DNA of 64,000 bases. Source: Candidatus Kaiserbacteria bacterium (GTDB taxonomy: Bacteria; Patescibacteriota; Minisyncoccia; Phycocordibacterales; UBA2100). The notes under the pieces were generated by a model, which made no database searches, was not told the origin of the DNA, and saw only the letters and a program-made list of their open reading frames with translations. Shown piece after piece: positions 18,002-26,537 of the stretch. Location of the stretch: NCBI GenBank assembly GCA_963767115.1, contig CAVYCR010000001.1, forward strand, positions 66,430 through 130,429, read 5' to 3'. The position numbers were made by a program, and so were the translations under genes. The stretch's first letter is position 1; every line of letters begins with the position of its first letter.

Positions 18002-20461
18002 CTATTGGATGGTGAAGTTAACTGTCTGCATATCACTCGAGCCATCGGAGAAAGTAGCAATAGCAGTGAGGACTGATGGCCCGCGCGTCGAGGGGAGCAA
18101 TGATAACGAATAGGGGGGTTCTGATACAGTGCCGATCGGGAGCCCGTTGAGCGCGTAACTTACAGCCGTCACCGACTTTTCTCCACCATATGAAGCACTG
18201 ATATGGAGACTGTTGCTTCCGGAGACGATTCCACCCGCTTGCGGAGAAGTCACGACGAAGCCTTGCTCCGGAGCGATAGTAGTGGGAGCTCCTGTATCTG
18301 CACTGGTAGATGTACCCGATATATCACCTTGCGATTGCGCCCAGATCTGTACCGGATATTCCCAATAGGCGAACTGTGGATCGCTTGCGGGGTTCGTTGG
18401 CGGGCCGGCAAGCGGATTGCCGCGTTGCGTCCAATAGAGGATTTCGTGAACACCCTCACTCGGATCAGTGTTCCAGTTGCCTTGTAAGACCTGGGGAAGT
18501 GATGACTCGTTCGGATTCGGCGCAGGCGTAGGGAAGGTATCAGAAGTGGACGAATATTTTTGAAGTGCGTACGCCATGATCTTATGCCAGGTAGGTACCA
18601 CGATAAGTGCTGCGATGTTGTTGGTCATCGGCGTGTTGTCGTTGTTGCCGACCCACTCACCCACCGCAATTGACGGGCTGTAGCCAATGACCCATGCGTC
18701 ACGCGAATCGTTGGTTGTGCCGGTCTTGTCGGCGACATCATAACCAGAGAACGTAAGGGGGCCGTTTGGCGCGAATTCAGGCTGGCGATTGGTATCAGTA
18801 GAGAGCACGTTACTGATGAGACGTGCGATTTGCGGGTCGAGCACACGTGTGGACTGGTCTTGATAACTCTCGAGAACAGTACCGTTTTGGTCTTCGACTT
18901 CAAGGACACCAGTGGGCGGATTCCTCACACCATCGTTGGCAAAGACACTGTAGGCGCTCGTCATTTCGAGCAGGTTGACCTCTCCGCCGCCGAGCACGAG
19001 CGAGAGACCGTAGCGCGAGGGGTCGCCAAGCGTCGTGATACCGAGAGATTGTGCGGTGTCGATCGACTGCTGGATGCCGGCGAGATACAGGAGTTTTACC
19101 GCCGGGACGTTTTCTGAATTGCCGAGCGCCTGTTGCAAACTCATCGGCCCGAGGAAGTTGCCACTGTAATTTACTGGCGCATAGCACGGGGGCGTGTTGT
19201 TGGTGGTGTCTGAAGGCGCGCACGAGGTTGAAAATTGCGTCTGTAGATCGAAAAGTACTGTTTGCGGCGTATACCCTTCCTCGAAGGCTGTGGCATATAC
19301 GAAAGGCTTAAACGAGGACCCCGGCTGACGCAGCGCGAGTGTCGTATTGACCTGACCATCGATCGTGTTGTTGAAATAGTCAGCCGAACCCACCATCGCA
19401 AGGATCTGGCCAGTCTTCGGGTCGACCGCGACAACACCCGTATTGGAGGCGTTAAATTTACTTTGCAGGCCCGGTGCGTCTTGCGAAATAATATTCTGGG
19501 TCTGTTGTTCGAGATCATAATCAAGTGTGGTGATCACCTTGAGGCCTCCATTTTCTACTTCGTCGACGCCATATTTCTCTTCGAGATATTCGCGGATATA
19601 GAAGACAAACCATGGCGCCAAAATACCATTGTCGCTCTCGGGCTTGAATTGCACCTGCTCGTTGAGGGCTTGTGTGTATTCGTCTTTGGTAATGTAGCCG
19701 AGTGTGAGCATCTTCGAGAGCACGAGGTTTTTGCGCGCATCGAGTGCTGCGCGGTTGTCGCCATACGGCGAGTAATACGTCGGCGCCTGCGGGAGCGCTG
19801 CGATGTATGCCGCTTGCGCGAGATCGACATCACTCGCGTCCACACCGAAGAAATATTGCGATGCGGCTTGGACGCCGTAGATCGTACCGCCGTAGGGCGA
19901 ATCATTGAGATATGAATTGAGGATTTGATCCTTGCTATACGTCTTGGTGAGGCGTATCGCCAATATAATCTCTTCGATTTTGCGTGAGATCGTTTTATCG
20001 TCGGTGAGAAGTGAATTCTTCACCACTTGCTGTGTGATGGTCGAACCGCCTTGCGCATAGCCGCGCGCTGTGACGTCAGCCCAAGCAGCACGCAAGATCG
20101 AGAGCGGCCGGACGCCAGCGTTTTGGTAGAAGGTGTCATCTTCGATGGAGATAGTCGCATCTTGGATATACGGGCTGATCTGCGACAACGGAACTGACGT
20201 TCTCTCTTCCTCGCCATGCACGTCATAGAGCACAATGTTGCCCGTGCGATCGTAGATCTTGGTCGATTGCGCTACTTGGCGGTTCTCGAAGTTTTCGATC
20301 GAGGGGATCGGCACGAGCGACGCCCAGACAATGATGCCGCCCACAATGAAAAGAAAAAGTGCGACGATTCCGAGAATACCGAATTCAAGCCAGTACGGCA
20401 TCTTGAACCGTTTGAAAATACGGCGGCGTTCTCGGCGCGGTGTCGAAGAACTCTGTGACAT
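18002..20461 (-). CDS. Class A penicillin-binding protein (glycosyltransferase GT51 + transpeptidase), PBP1A family, with a C-terminal Ig-like extension
   Basis: N-terminal TM segment. GT51 motifs SIEDDTFYQNAGV and GGSTITQQVVKN. Transpeptidase motifs SSFKP (SxxK) and KTGTT. Confidence 0.92.
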   Translation of the reverse strand: MSQSSSTPRRERRRIFKRFKMPYWLEFGILGIVALFLFIVGGIIVWASLVPIPSIENFENRQVAQSTKIYDRTGNIVLYDVHGEEERTSVPLSQISPYIQDATISIEDDTFYQNAGVRPLSILRAAWADVTARGYAQGGSTITQQVVKNSLLTDDKTISRKIEEIILAIRLTKTYSKDQILNSYLNDSPYGGTIYGVQAASQYFFGVDASDVDLAQAAYIAALPQAPTYYSPYGDNRAALDARKNLVLSKMLTLGYITKDEYTQALNEQVQFKPESDNGILAPWFVFYIREYLEEKYGVDEVENGGLKVITTLDYDLEQQTQNIISQDAPGLQSKFNASNTGVVAVDPKTGQILAMVGSADYFNNTIDGQVNTTLALRQPGSSFKPFVYATAFEEGYTPQTVLFDLQTQFSTSCAPSDTTNNTPPCYAPVNYSGNFLGPMSLQQALGNSENVPAVKLLYLAGIQQSIDTAQSLGITTLGDPSRYGLSLVLGGGEVNLLEMTSAYSVFANDGVRNPPTGVLEVEDQNGTVLESYQDQSTRVLDPQIARLISNVLSTDTNRQPEFAPNGPLTFSGYDVADKTGTTNDSRDAWVIGYSPSIAVGEWVGNNDNTPMTNNIAALIVVPTWHKIMAYALQKYSSTSDTFPTPAPNPNESSLPQVLQGNWNTDPSEGVHEILYWTQRGNPLAGPPTNPASDPQFAYWEYPVQIWAQSQGDISGTSTSADTGAPTTIAPEQGFVVTSPQAGGIVSGSNSLHISASYGGEKSVTAVSYALNGLPIGTVSEPPYSLSLLPSTRGPSVLTAIATFSDGSSDMQTVNFTIQ

Positions 20462-20499
20462 ACAATGACAGTCATTGTAACGCCTTTGTGTACGCGTGC

Positions 20500-20985
20500 C
20501 TATTGCACGCTAGTGCGCGCATACGCGAGATGGGTGAGTGCTAGAGCGATCGCATCATACTCGTCATCGTGCGCGATCTTTTTTTCAATCTTCATCAAAA
20601 GACGCACCATCGCTGCTACCTGCCGCTTGTCGGCGCTCCCCGAGCCTGCGACGGCGCTCTTTACCTGCATCGGAGTGTATTCAAATACCGCAACACTCCG
20701 CTCTGATGCACTCTGTATCAAGGCGCCCCGTACTTCGGCAACACGCATAGCGGTTTTTTGATTGGTGTTGAAAAAGAGTTTCTCGATCGCGAGTTGTGAA
20801 GGTTCAAACTCTTCGATCAGCCGTGCACATTCGCGTGCAATTATATCGAGTCGCTCGGTAAACTCCATCTGCGCTGAAGTCTCGACACACTGCGAGAAAA
20901 TGAGTATGTCTTTCCCTTTCTGATCTCGCTCGACAATGGCCATTCCACATCTGCCGTAGCCTGGGTCAATACCAAGGACTCTCAT
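20500..20985 (-). CDS. ruvC: Crossover junction endodeoxyribonuclease RuvC
   Basis: MRVLGIDPGYGRCGMAIVE... has the RNase H-like fold with the conserved N-terminal Asp, at the typical size of 161 aa. Confidence 0.9.
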   Translation of the reverse strand: MRVLGIDPGYGRCGMAIVERDQKGKDILIFSQCVETSAQMEFTERLDIIARECARLIEEFEPSQLAIEKLFFNTNQKTAMRVAEVRGALIQSASERSVAVFEYTPMQVKSAVAGSGSADKRQVAAMVRLLMKIEKKIAHDDEYDAIALALTHLAYARTSVQ

Positions 20986-21022
20986 TGATGGAGTGTATCA
21001 TTATCCTATTCTCCGCAGGATT

Positions 21023-22045
21023 TCAGTAGACCCCTGCTGAAGACGACGTAATAATAGTAAACGTATTGCTGTTTGCAGACGCTAGATACGTTGGTGTGGG
21101 AACAATATTAGTGCCTTGGAACATAGCGGTTGATGGGGTGTATAGTTTGGCGACGATTTGATAGCTGGGACCAGTAGCATAGAGAGAGGATCCGCAATAA
21201 GCAGGGGTACCACCAGAGGCACAAAATCCCGAAGCAGGAGGAGTTTGGAAGCTAAAACTACCACTCGTCGGAAGTCCGCTCTGTAGGAAATACGGGAATG
21301 AATTGGCACTGGCAGTAGAAGAAGTAGGTACGATATATATCGCAACTGCAGATCCTGCAGGAGCGTTCTGTGAATTCCAAGAAATACTCAGAGCGCTTCC
21401 TTGCATGATACTCTGACCTCCCGAAGGCGTGGTGACTGTGATTGAAGGCGTGGTGGCGTCCGGTACGCATGATCCCGGTACATTGCAGCCATTAGTGTCT
21501 GTCGTCCCCGGTCCGCGCATAGTCCCAACAGGGCATACTGCAAGCGTGTACATAGGGCATACAACGACCGTATTAGTCACGCATTTTGGCGGCAATAGGC
21601 AGCCGTTGGCATCATTCCCTTGTGGAACGAGTGTTCCGTTGATACAGGCGGCGGGCTGGTAGCTGGGACATATGTTTGTGATTTGCTGAGTTGTGCAGGA
21701 AGGGTACGCGAAACTTCCTGACAGATTTCCATTGCTGCAGATGCGCATTTGTGACTGACACGATTGGCCAGCAGAGGCACTCGGAGATTGGTAGGCCAAG
21801 ACGGACGAACCGCTCGCAACGCTTTGGTTATCGAAACTGCAGGATTGTGTCTGCGAGGGAGACGAGGGGCTGCCACTTTGTTCTAGAAGCAACTGCAGTT
21901 CCTGCTCCAGGACCTGGACGAGTTGCGTAAGTGCGGCTGTCAAAGACGCTTCAAGAGAGGTGTTTGTCTGTACTGTCTGGGCCGAAACAGAAACCGGTAA
22001 TGCGAATAACATGATACTGACCCCTAGCGAGATGTATTTTTTCAT
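21023..22045 (-). CDS. Secreted Cys-rich hypothetical protein
   Basis: Signal peptide MKKYISLGVSIMLFALPVSVSAQ. Repeated Cys motifs (DANGCLLPPKC, DTNGCNVPGSC, CPMYTLAVCPVGT, CPSYQPAACINGT). Ig-like C-terminal half. Confidence 0.7.
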   Translation of the reverse strand: MKKYISLGVSIMLFALPVSVSAQTVQTNTSLEASLTAALTQLVQVLEQELQLLLEQSGSPSSPSQTQSCSFDNQSVASGSSVLAYQSPSASAGQSCQSQMRICSNGNLSGSFAYPSCTTQQITNICPSYQPAACINGTLVPQGNDANGCLLPPKCVTNTVVVCPMYTLAVCPVGTMRGPGTTDTNGCNVPGSCVPDATTPSITVTTPSGGQSIMQGSALSISWNSQNAPAGSAVAIYIVPTSSTASANSFPYFLQSGLPTSGSFSFQTPPASGFCASGGTPAYCGSSLYATGPSYQIVAKLYTPSTAMFQGTNIVPTPTYLASANSNTFTIITSSSAGVY

Positions 22046-22178
22046 AGCATTATGGTGCCGATAATACCTTCACGGTAGCATATTTCATTACAAGTATGCG
22101 AGTTATCAACCCCATATCATGAAATCGTAATTCGCATTTATATGTCACATAAAAGACCTATAAAATCTTCAAATTTGT

Positions 22179-23273
22179 TTACCGGTTGAGCGGCATCACG
22201 AGATAGGTGAAATTTTGGTCGGATACACCACGCAAGACCAGTGCACGGCCCGCACCAGAGAAGCCGATATGAACCGAATCCGACATGACCGAGCCGAGAC
22301 AATCCGAGAGATAGCCGATATGGAAATTAATATCCACATCCTCGCCGGTAAGTGCGGCGTCGATACTATCCGACATCTCGCCGATCGAAGCACTTGAGGC
22401 GGTCGCGGTAAATATTTTACGTCCCGGATACACATGCAGGCCGATATGTTGCTCGGTACCTGAGAAGACACGCGCCTTGCGAAGCATTTCAGAAAAATCA
22501 TTCTTGAGTATCGTGGCTTCGGTCGTGAAATTCTTGGGGATTATTTCCTTATAGTTAGGAAAGCTCGCATCAACGACACGGGAAACATACTGCACTCCGT
22601 CACCCGAGACGGTCATTTGCGAATCATCAATTTTCAGTTCGACTGTATCGCTTTCGATACGCTCGAGAATATGGGCGAGCTCGGAGATATGTTTGAGCGG
22701 GATTAGAATCTCATGCGCTTCTTTGAAGCTACTCGGTATGGTTTTTTCTGCGAGGCGAAATGAGTCAGTCGCCGCACAGACCAAAACTTGCGCCTGGAGC
22801 GACACAAAAACACTTCCGAGCTCTGGCCTGATCATCGACGGTGAGGCGGCGTACGAGACCGATTGGATGCCTTTAAGGAGATTCTCTCGGGCGATCGATA
22901 TACCCGCTACACCTTCACTTGATGTAAGAATCGGAAACTCACTGTGTGATACGGCTTTGATAAGAGTCTTCGTGCCGCGAGACTCTACAAGGAGATTCGA
23001 ATCGTCTGTGGAGAGTGTCACTTTATCACCTGAGATTGATCGGATGGTTTGTGAGAGGACATGCGCGTTTACTGCCACAGAACCAGTTTCAATAATTTCG
23101 GCAGGTACAGTGACCTCAATCCCCGCTTCGAGGTTGGTTGCGCGCACCTTCAGCTCTTTGGTTACTTCGAGCAAGATACATGAGAGGACCGGTAGGGATT
23201 CTTTTTTACCGACGACACGCTCCGCCAAGAGAATCGCGTTCAATATTCTTTCCTTGGTTGTTCCGATCTTCAT
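22179..23273 (-). CDS. dnaN: DNA polymerase III beta subunit (sliding clamp)
   Basis: ORF 22179..23396, located directly downstream of dnaA. About 365 aa from the internal ATG at 23273 (MKIGTTKERILNAILLAERVV...), which is preceded by AAGGAA. The three-domain clamp length fits. Confidence 0.88.
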   Translation of the reverse strand: MKIGTTKERILNAILLAERVVGKKESLPVLSCILLEVTKELKVRATNLEAGIEVTVPAEIIETGSVAVNAHVLSQTIRSISGDKVTLSTDDSNLLVESRGTKTLIKAVSHSEFPILTSSEGVAGISIARENLLKGIQSVSYAASPSMIRPELGSVFVSLQAQVLVCAATDSFRLAEKTIPSSFKEAHEILIPLKHISELAHILERIESDTVELKIDDSQMTVSGDGVQYVSRVVDASFPNYKEIIPKNFTTEATILKNDFSEMLRKARVFSGTEQHIGLHVYPGRKIFTATASSASIGEMSDSIDAALTGEDVDINFHIGYLSDCLGSVMSDSVHIGFSGAGRALVLRGVSDQNFTYLVMPLNR

Positions 23274-23501
23274 AAGGTTCCTTTTAAATACTATTACTAC
23301 TATTAGTGGTGTGGATACTGGGTATAACCCCAAAAATTGCTTTTGTAAAGCCGTTATTTTGGCATGACGCTGTTGGGGAGAAGTAGGTAAAAACACTCTG
23401 ATAAGAAGTGGGTAAACGGAGCGTAGTAGTTTCGATGCAGTTCATACTGTATTTGTCAGATGGTTATCTACAGAGTTATATACAAGTAATTCACAGGAGA
23501 T
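23274..23501. promoter_or_regulatory. dnaA-dnaN spacer: candidate oriC / DnaA-box cluster with an AT-rich stretch
   Basis: DnaA-box-like 9-mers tgtggatac (23310-23318, 1 mismatch), ttatctaca (23464-23472, 1 mismatch) and ttatataca (23476-23484, 2 mismatches). AT-rich run 23281-23309 (cttttaaatactattactactattag...). Confidence 0.4.
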
Positions 23502-24857
23502 TTATGCGTGGATCAGCGTCCGGATATGATCGAGTTCTTGTTCGAGTGCGTTGTTTCTTTTGACTTCTTCTTTTATTTTCTCGCATGAGTGGATGACAGT
23601 CGTATGGTCACGACCACCGAGCTTCTCCCCGATCGAAGGATACGAGACGTTGAATTCTTCGCGCAGGATATACATGATGATTTGTCGCGGTTTCACCACC
23701 TCCTTCTTACGCGTCTTTTCGTAGATGCTCTTCTCGGCAATATCATAGTATTGCGCGATACGTCGCACGACCTCGTCGACCGAGACGCCCTTGTTTGGCT
23801 TTATATTGTGCTTGATCAGCATTTTACATCGGAGAGCGAGATCGATCTTGCCCTTGAGTTGTGATTTGCAGACGATCATGTTGAGTACCCCCTCAAGCTC
23901 GCGGATATTGCCGCGCACCGACTCGGCGATGAATTGCACGATGTCTTCAGGAATCGAAAAACCGTGTTTCTCGAGCTTCGCTTGGATGATCGCAGTACGC
24001 GATTCGACATCAGGTTCGGGGATCTCCGCGATCATGCCGCCCGAGAAGCGGCCCTTGATACGATCTTCGAAGCCCGGTAGAAGCATCGGGTGCTTATCAG
24101 AGGAGAAAACGATTTGTTTGTTGTTGTCGCGCAGCGCATTGAAGAGATGGAAGAGCTCTTCCTGCGTCTTCTCGGTGTTGGCGATAAATTGCACGTCGTC
24201 CATGATGAGGACGTCGTACTGGCGATATTGATTTTTGAAATTATTGGCGTTACCAGCGCGTACCGAGTTGATGTAATCCACTGCAAACTTTTCACTGGTG
24301 ACGTACAAGACCTTTTTGTTGGTGTGGCTTTTCTTGAAGTAATTCCCGATCGCTTGGATGAGGTGAGTCTTCCCATGGCCGGTCGACCCGTAGATGAAAA
24401 GCGGGTTGTATGTGGCGCCAGGATGATCTATGACGGCCTTCGCAGCAGCGTGTGCGAGCTGGTTGAAGGGACCGACGACAAAAGTATCGAAGGTGTAGCG
24501 TGGGTTGAGGTTGTCGCGCTTGTCGATATAGAGCGACTGGAGGTCGAAGGAAGCATTTTCATTCTCCTGAACACGCGGGCTCCGGCGCTCGGGTGATACG
24601 ACGGGCGCGCGGTGGATGCTATAATCGACAGCTCTAATGGTGTTGTCGAGATTGCGAAGTGTCGAGAGAATAAGCTTGTGGTGCTTGTCCATCAGCCATT
24701 CCTTCACTATTTTCGAGGGAACGGCGACTTGTACCGATCCCCCTGCGACATCCCTGTTTACGATATCTGTATTTCGAAACCAGGTGCGGAAGCTTGTTTC
24801 TGAAGTGCCGAGTTCGATTTGAACCAGCGCGTTTTGCCACAATTCTCTGTTAGTCAT
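23502..24857 (-). CDS. dnaA: Chromosomal replication initiator protein DnaA
   Basis: ORF 23502..24872. AAA+ Walker A IYGSTGHGKTHL, Walker B VLIMDDVQF, C-terminal DNA-binding signature GGRDHTTVIHS. The ATG at 24857 is preferred because a TATAAT hexamer (24876..24871, minus strand) overlaps the alternative ATG at 24872. Confidence 0.93.
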   Translation of the reverse strand: MTNRELWQNALVQIELGTSETSFRTWFRNTDIVNRDVAGGSVQVAVPSKIVKEWLMDKHHKLILSTLRNLDNTIRAVDYSIHRAPVVSPERRSPRVQENENASFDLQSLYIDKRDNLNPRYTFDTFVVGPFNQLAHAAAKAVIDHPGATYNPLFIYGSTGHGKTHLIQAIGNYFKKSHTNKKVLYVTSEKFAVDYINSVRAGNANNFKNQYRQYDVLIMDDVQFIANTEKTQEELFHLFNALRDNNKQIVFSSDKHPMLLPGFEDRIKGRFSGGMIAEIPEPDVESRTAIIQAKLEKHGFSIPEDIVQFIAESVRGNIRELEGVLNMIVCKSQLKGKIDLALRCKMLIKHNIKPNKGVSVDEVVRRIAQYYDIAEKSIYEKTRKKEVVKPRQIIMYILREEFNVSYPSIGEKLGGRDHTTVIHSCEKIKEEVKRNNALEQELDHIRTLIHA

Positions 24858-24941
24858 ACGAAGTGCGATCATTATACGCGCGTATGGTTTGCAACCAAGT
24901 ATCTGTTTTCAGCCACGACCGATTTTCTGGTGTGCATAACC

Positions 24942-24950
24942 TGTGGATAA
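24942..24950. promoter_or_regulatory. Perfect consensus DnaA box (tgtggataa = TTATCCACA on the other strand)
   Basis: Read directly, in the dnaA-rpmH spacer. It ends 13 nt before the first long hairpin arm (24964). Confidence 0.6.
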
Positions 24951-24963
24951 CTAGATAAGTAGT

Positions 24964-25247
24964 GGCAAACGTGCAGGGGAAGCATCTTTTCGAACATACC
25001 GTAAGTACAAAGCTTCTGGTATCTCCCACGAACATACCCTGTGGTAATGAGGCTCCTGCAGGCGAGGTTCGAAAAGGTGCTTCCCCTGCACGTTTGCCGA
25101 TTGCAGATGTTGTGGCACCCCAGAGGGAAATGGGTTGCGGAACATCGCCTGTGGAATCGTAGTACCTTATAAGTACGTTCGTGGGAGGAATACAGTCTCC
25201 GTGCACTCACGGTAGGTTCCGCGACCCATTTCCCTCTGGGGTGCCAC
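24964..25247. repeat. Head-to-head pair of hairpin modules (copy pair A): two 32-bp stems, each enclosing a conserved ~71-nt core
   Basis: 24964-24995 pairs with 25067-25098 and 25112-25143 pairs with 25216-25247. Each stem is 32 bp with a single T/G (G-U on the plus strand) position. The loops are 71 and 72 nt. Loop 2 resembles the reverse complement of loop 1. The cores are homologous to those at 44625-44896. Confidence 0.85.
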
Positions 25248-25261
25248 CCCAACAAACAAAC

Positions 25262-25289
25262 TTGAAAATCAGGATTTTACTGCTATAGT
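25262..25289 (+). promoter_or_regulatory. Sigma-70-like promoter of rpmH (TTGAAA-16 nt-TATAGT) ending 6 nt before the ATG (leaderless-type arrangement)
   Basis: TTGAAA at 25262-25267, TATAGT at 25284-25289, rpmH ATG at 25296. Confidence 0.5.
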
Positions 25290-25295
25290 GCGCCC

Positions 25296-25430
25296 ATGAA
25301 ACGAACGTACCAGCCCAAGAAACGCCGCCGCCTCAGGAAGCACGGCTTCTTGAAGCGTGCTGCATCTCCTGCGGGCCGCTCGGTATTGCGCCGCCGCCGA
25401 CAGAAGGGACGCGCCAAACTCTCCGTCTGA
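25296..25430 (+). CDS. rpmH: 50S ribosomal protein L34
   Basis: Below the ORF-track size cut-off. Translates [44 protein letters not shown]. The TGA stop overlaps the rnpA ATG (ATGA-type coupling). Confidence 0.93.
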   Translation: MKRTYQPKKRRRLRKHGFLKRAASPAGRSVLRRRRQKGRAKLSV

Positions 25431-25750
25431 TGCCCCGTTCGCTGCGTATCAAGCGCGCTGATTTCGCTACTGCCTCAAGGCAGGCGAAGCGGCTTGTTGG
25501 CATCTATTTCTCACTTTCTGTCTCAAGAAGCGCGACAGGCTTCAAGTGCGCCTGTGTCGTCTCCAAGAAAGTCAGTAAAAGCGCAGTTGTACGCAACAGG
25601 GTTAAGCGTCTTTGCCGAGAAATTGTCCGCACCACTGTTTCCCATGATGAAAAAGCAGTATCACTGATCTTTTATGCCAAGAAGGAGGCGGCAACCGCCG
25701 ATTTTCCCGCGATCAAGGCAGATATCGAGTCGCTTTTGAAGTCAATCTGA
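25430..25750 (+). CDS. rnpA: Ribonuclease P protein component
   Basis: Conserved VSKKVSKSAVVRNRVKRLCRE motif, about 106 aa, in the canonical position after rpmH. Confidence 0.9.
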   Translation: MPRSLRIKRADFATASRQAKRLVGIYFSLSVSRSATGFKCACVVSKKVSKSAVVRNRVKRLCREIVRTTVSHDEKAVSLIFYAKKEAATADFPAIKADIESLLKSI

Positions 25751-25792
25751 TTTCCTTTCAGTTGAGACGTTTGGGGGCTACAATAAGCCGAT

Positions 25793-26530
25793 ATGTTTTC
25801 TTGGATCGCGCTGCTTTTCGTGACAGTCATCTATAATCCCCTCTACAACCTGATGGTATGGCTCATTAGTGTTGTGCCGAGCCATGAAGTAGGATTTGCG
25901 GTGCTCGCACTCACTGTCATCGTCAGGATTATACTCATCCCCCTCTCTCGCCGCGCGATCCAGTCGCAGGTCGATATGCGTAAGGTCGCTCCCGAGATCA
26001 CGAAGCTTCGCGACAAGCACAAGGACGACAAACAAGCCGAGAGCAAAGCGATTTTTGAGCTCTATAAAGAGCGGGGGATTCATCCTTTTTCAGGCTTTTT
26101 CCTCACGATCATACAGATCTTTATTGTATATCCGATCTATTGGATTTGTTCGCGCGCGGGACTCCCGAAGATCGATGCAGGGGCGCTGTATTCTTTCGTA
26201 CATGTGCCGAGTGTCGTCAATATGGAATTCCTCAGTCTCATCAATATGTCTGGGCACAGTATCGTGCTTGCGCTCCTTGCAGGTGTGAGCCAATTCACTT
26301 ATACGCGGCTTGCGATGGGTCCGCATGGCGTCAAGACGGCAACGGAAGCATCCTTCTCCGACGATATGGCGCGCAGTATGGATACCCAAGCGCGCTACGT
26401 GCTCCCTGCCATCATCGCGGTCATCGGCTATTCAATCGGCGCGGCGGCGCCCTTGTACTGGACGACCAGCAACACCTTCATGATCGTGCAGGAATATATC
26501 GCCGGGCGGCGCTTCTCGGACAAGGTATAG
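25793..26530 (+). CDS. yidC: Membrane protein insertase YidC (short, Gram-positive/Oxa1-like form)
   Basis: Five predicted TM segments. Conserved RIILIPLSRRAIQSQVDMRKVAPEITKLRDKHKDDKQ...ELYKERGIHPFSG region, in the canonical position after rnpA. Confidence 0.88.
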   Translation: MFSWIALLFVTVIYNPLYNLMVWLISVVPSHEVGFAVLALTVIVRIILIPLSRRAIQSQVDMRKVAPEITKLRDKHKDDKQAESKAIFELYKERGIHPFSGFFLTIIQIFIVYPIYWICSRAGLPKIDAGALYSFVHVPSVVNMEFLSLINMSGHSIVLALLAGVSQFTYTRLAMGPHGVKTATEASFSDDMARSMDTQARYVLPAIIAVIGYSIGAAAPLYWTTSNTFMIVQEYIAGRRFSDKV

Positions 26531-26537
26531 ATATTCT

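Noticed and set aside
24964-25247. Interpreting the long hairpins as integron attC sites, REP/BIME elements, MITEs or CRISPR repeats
   Set aside because: attC sites need RYYYAAC/GTTRRRY ends, whereas these have ...GAAC/GTTCG.... REP elements are much shorter. MITEs have conserved termini, whereas here the termini vary and the interior is conserved. There is no repeat-spacer periodicity, and no integrase, RAYT, transposase or cas gene in the window.
24850-25255. ORFs 24850..25206, 24872..25255, 24951..25145 (minus strand) and 24962..25162 (plus strand) in the dnaA-rpmH spacer
   Set aside because: They run through the 32-bp palindromes. The similarity to the second locus is at the nucleotide level, with more non-synonymous than synonymous differences, and the frames are not maintained between copies.
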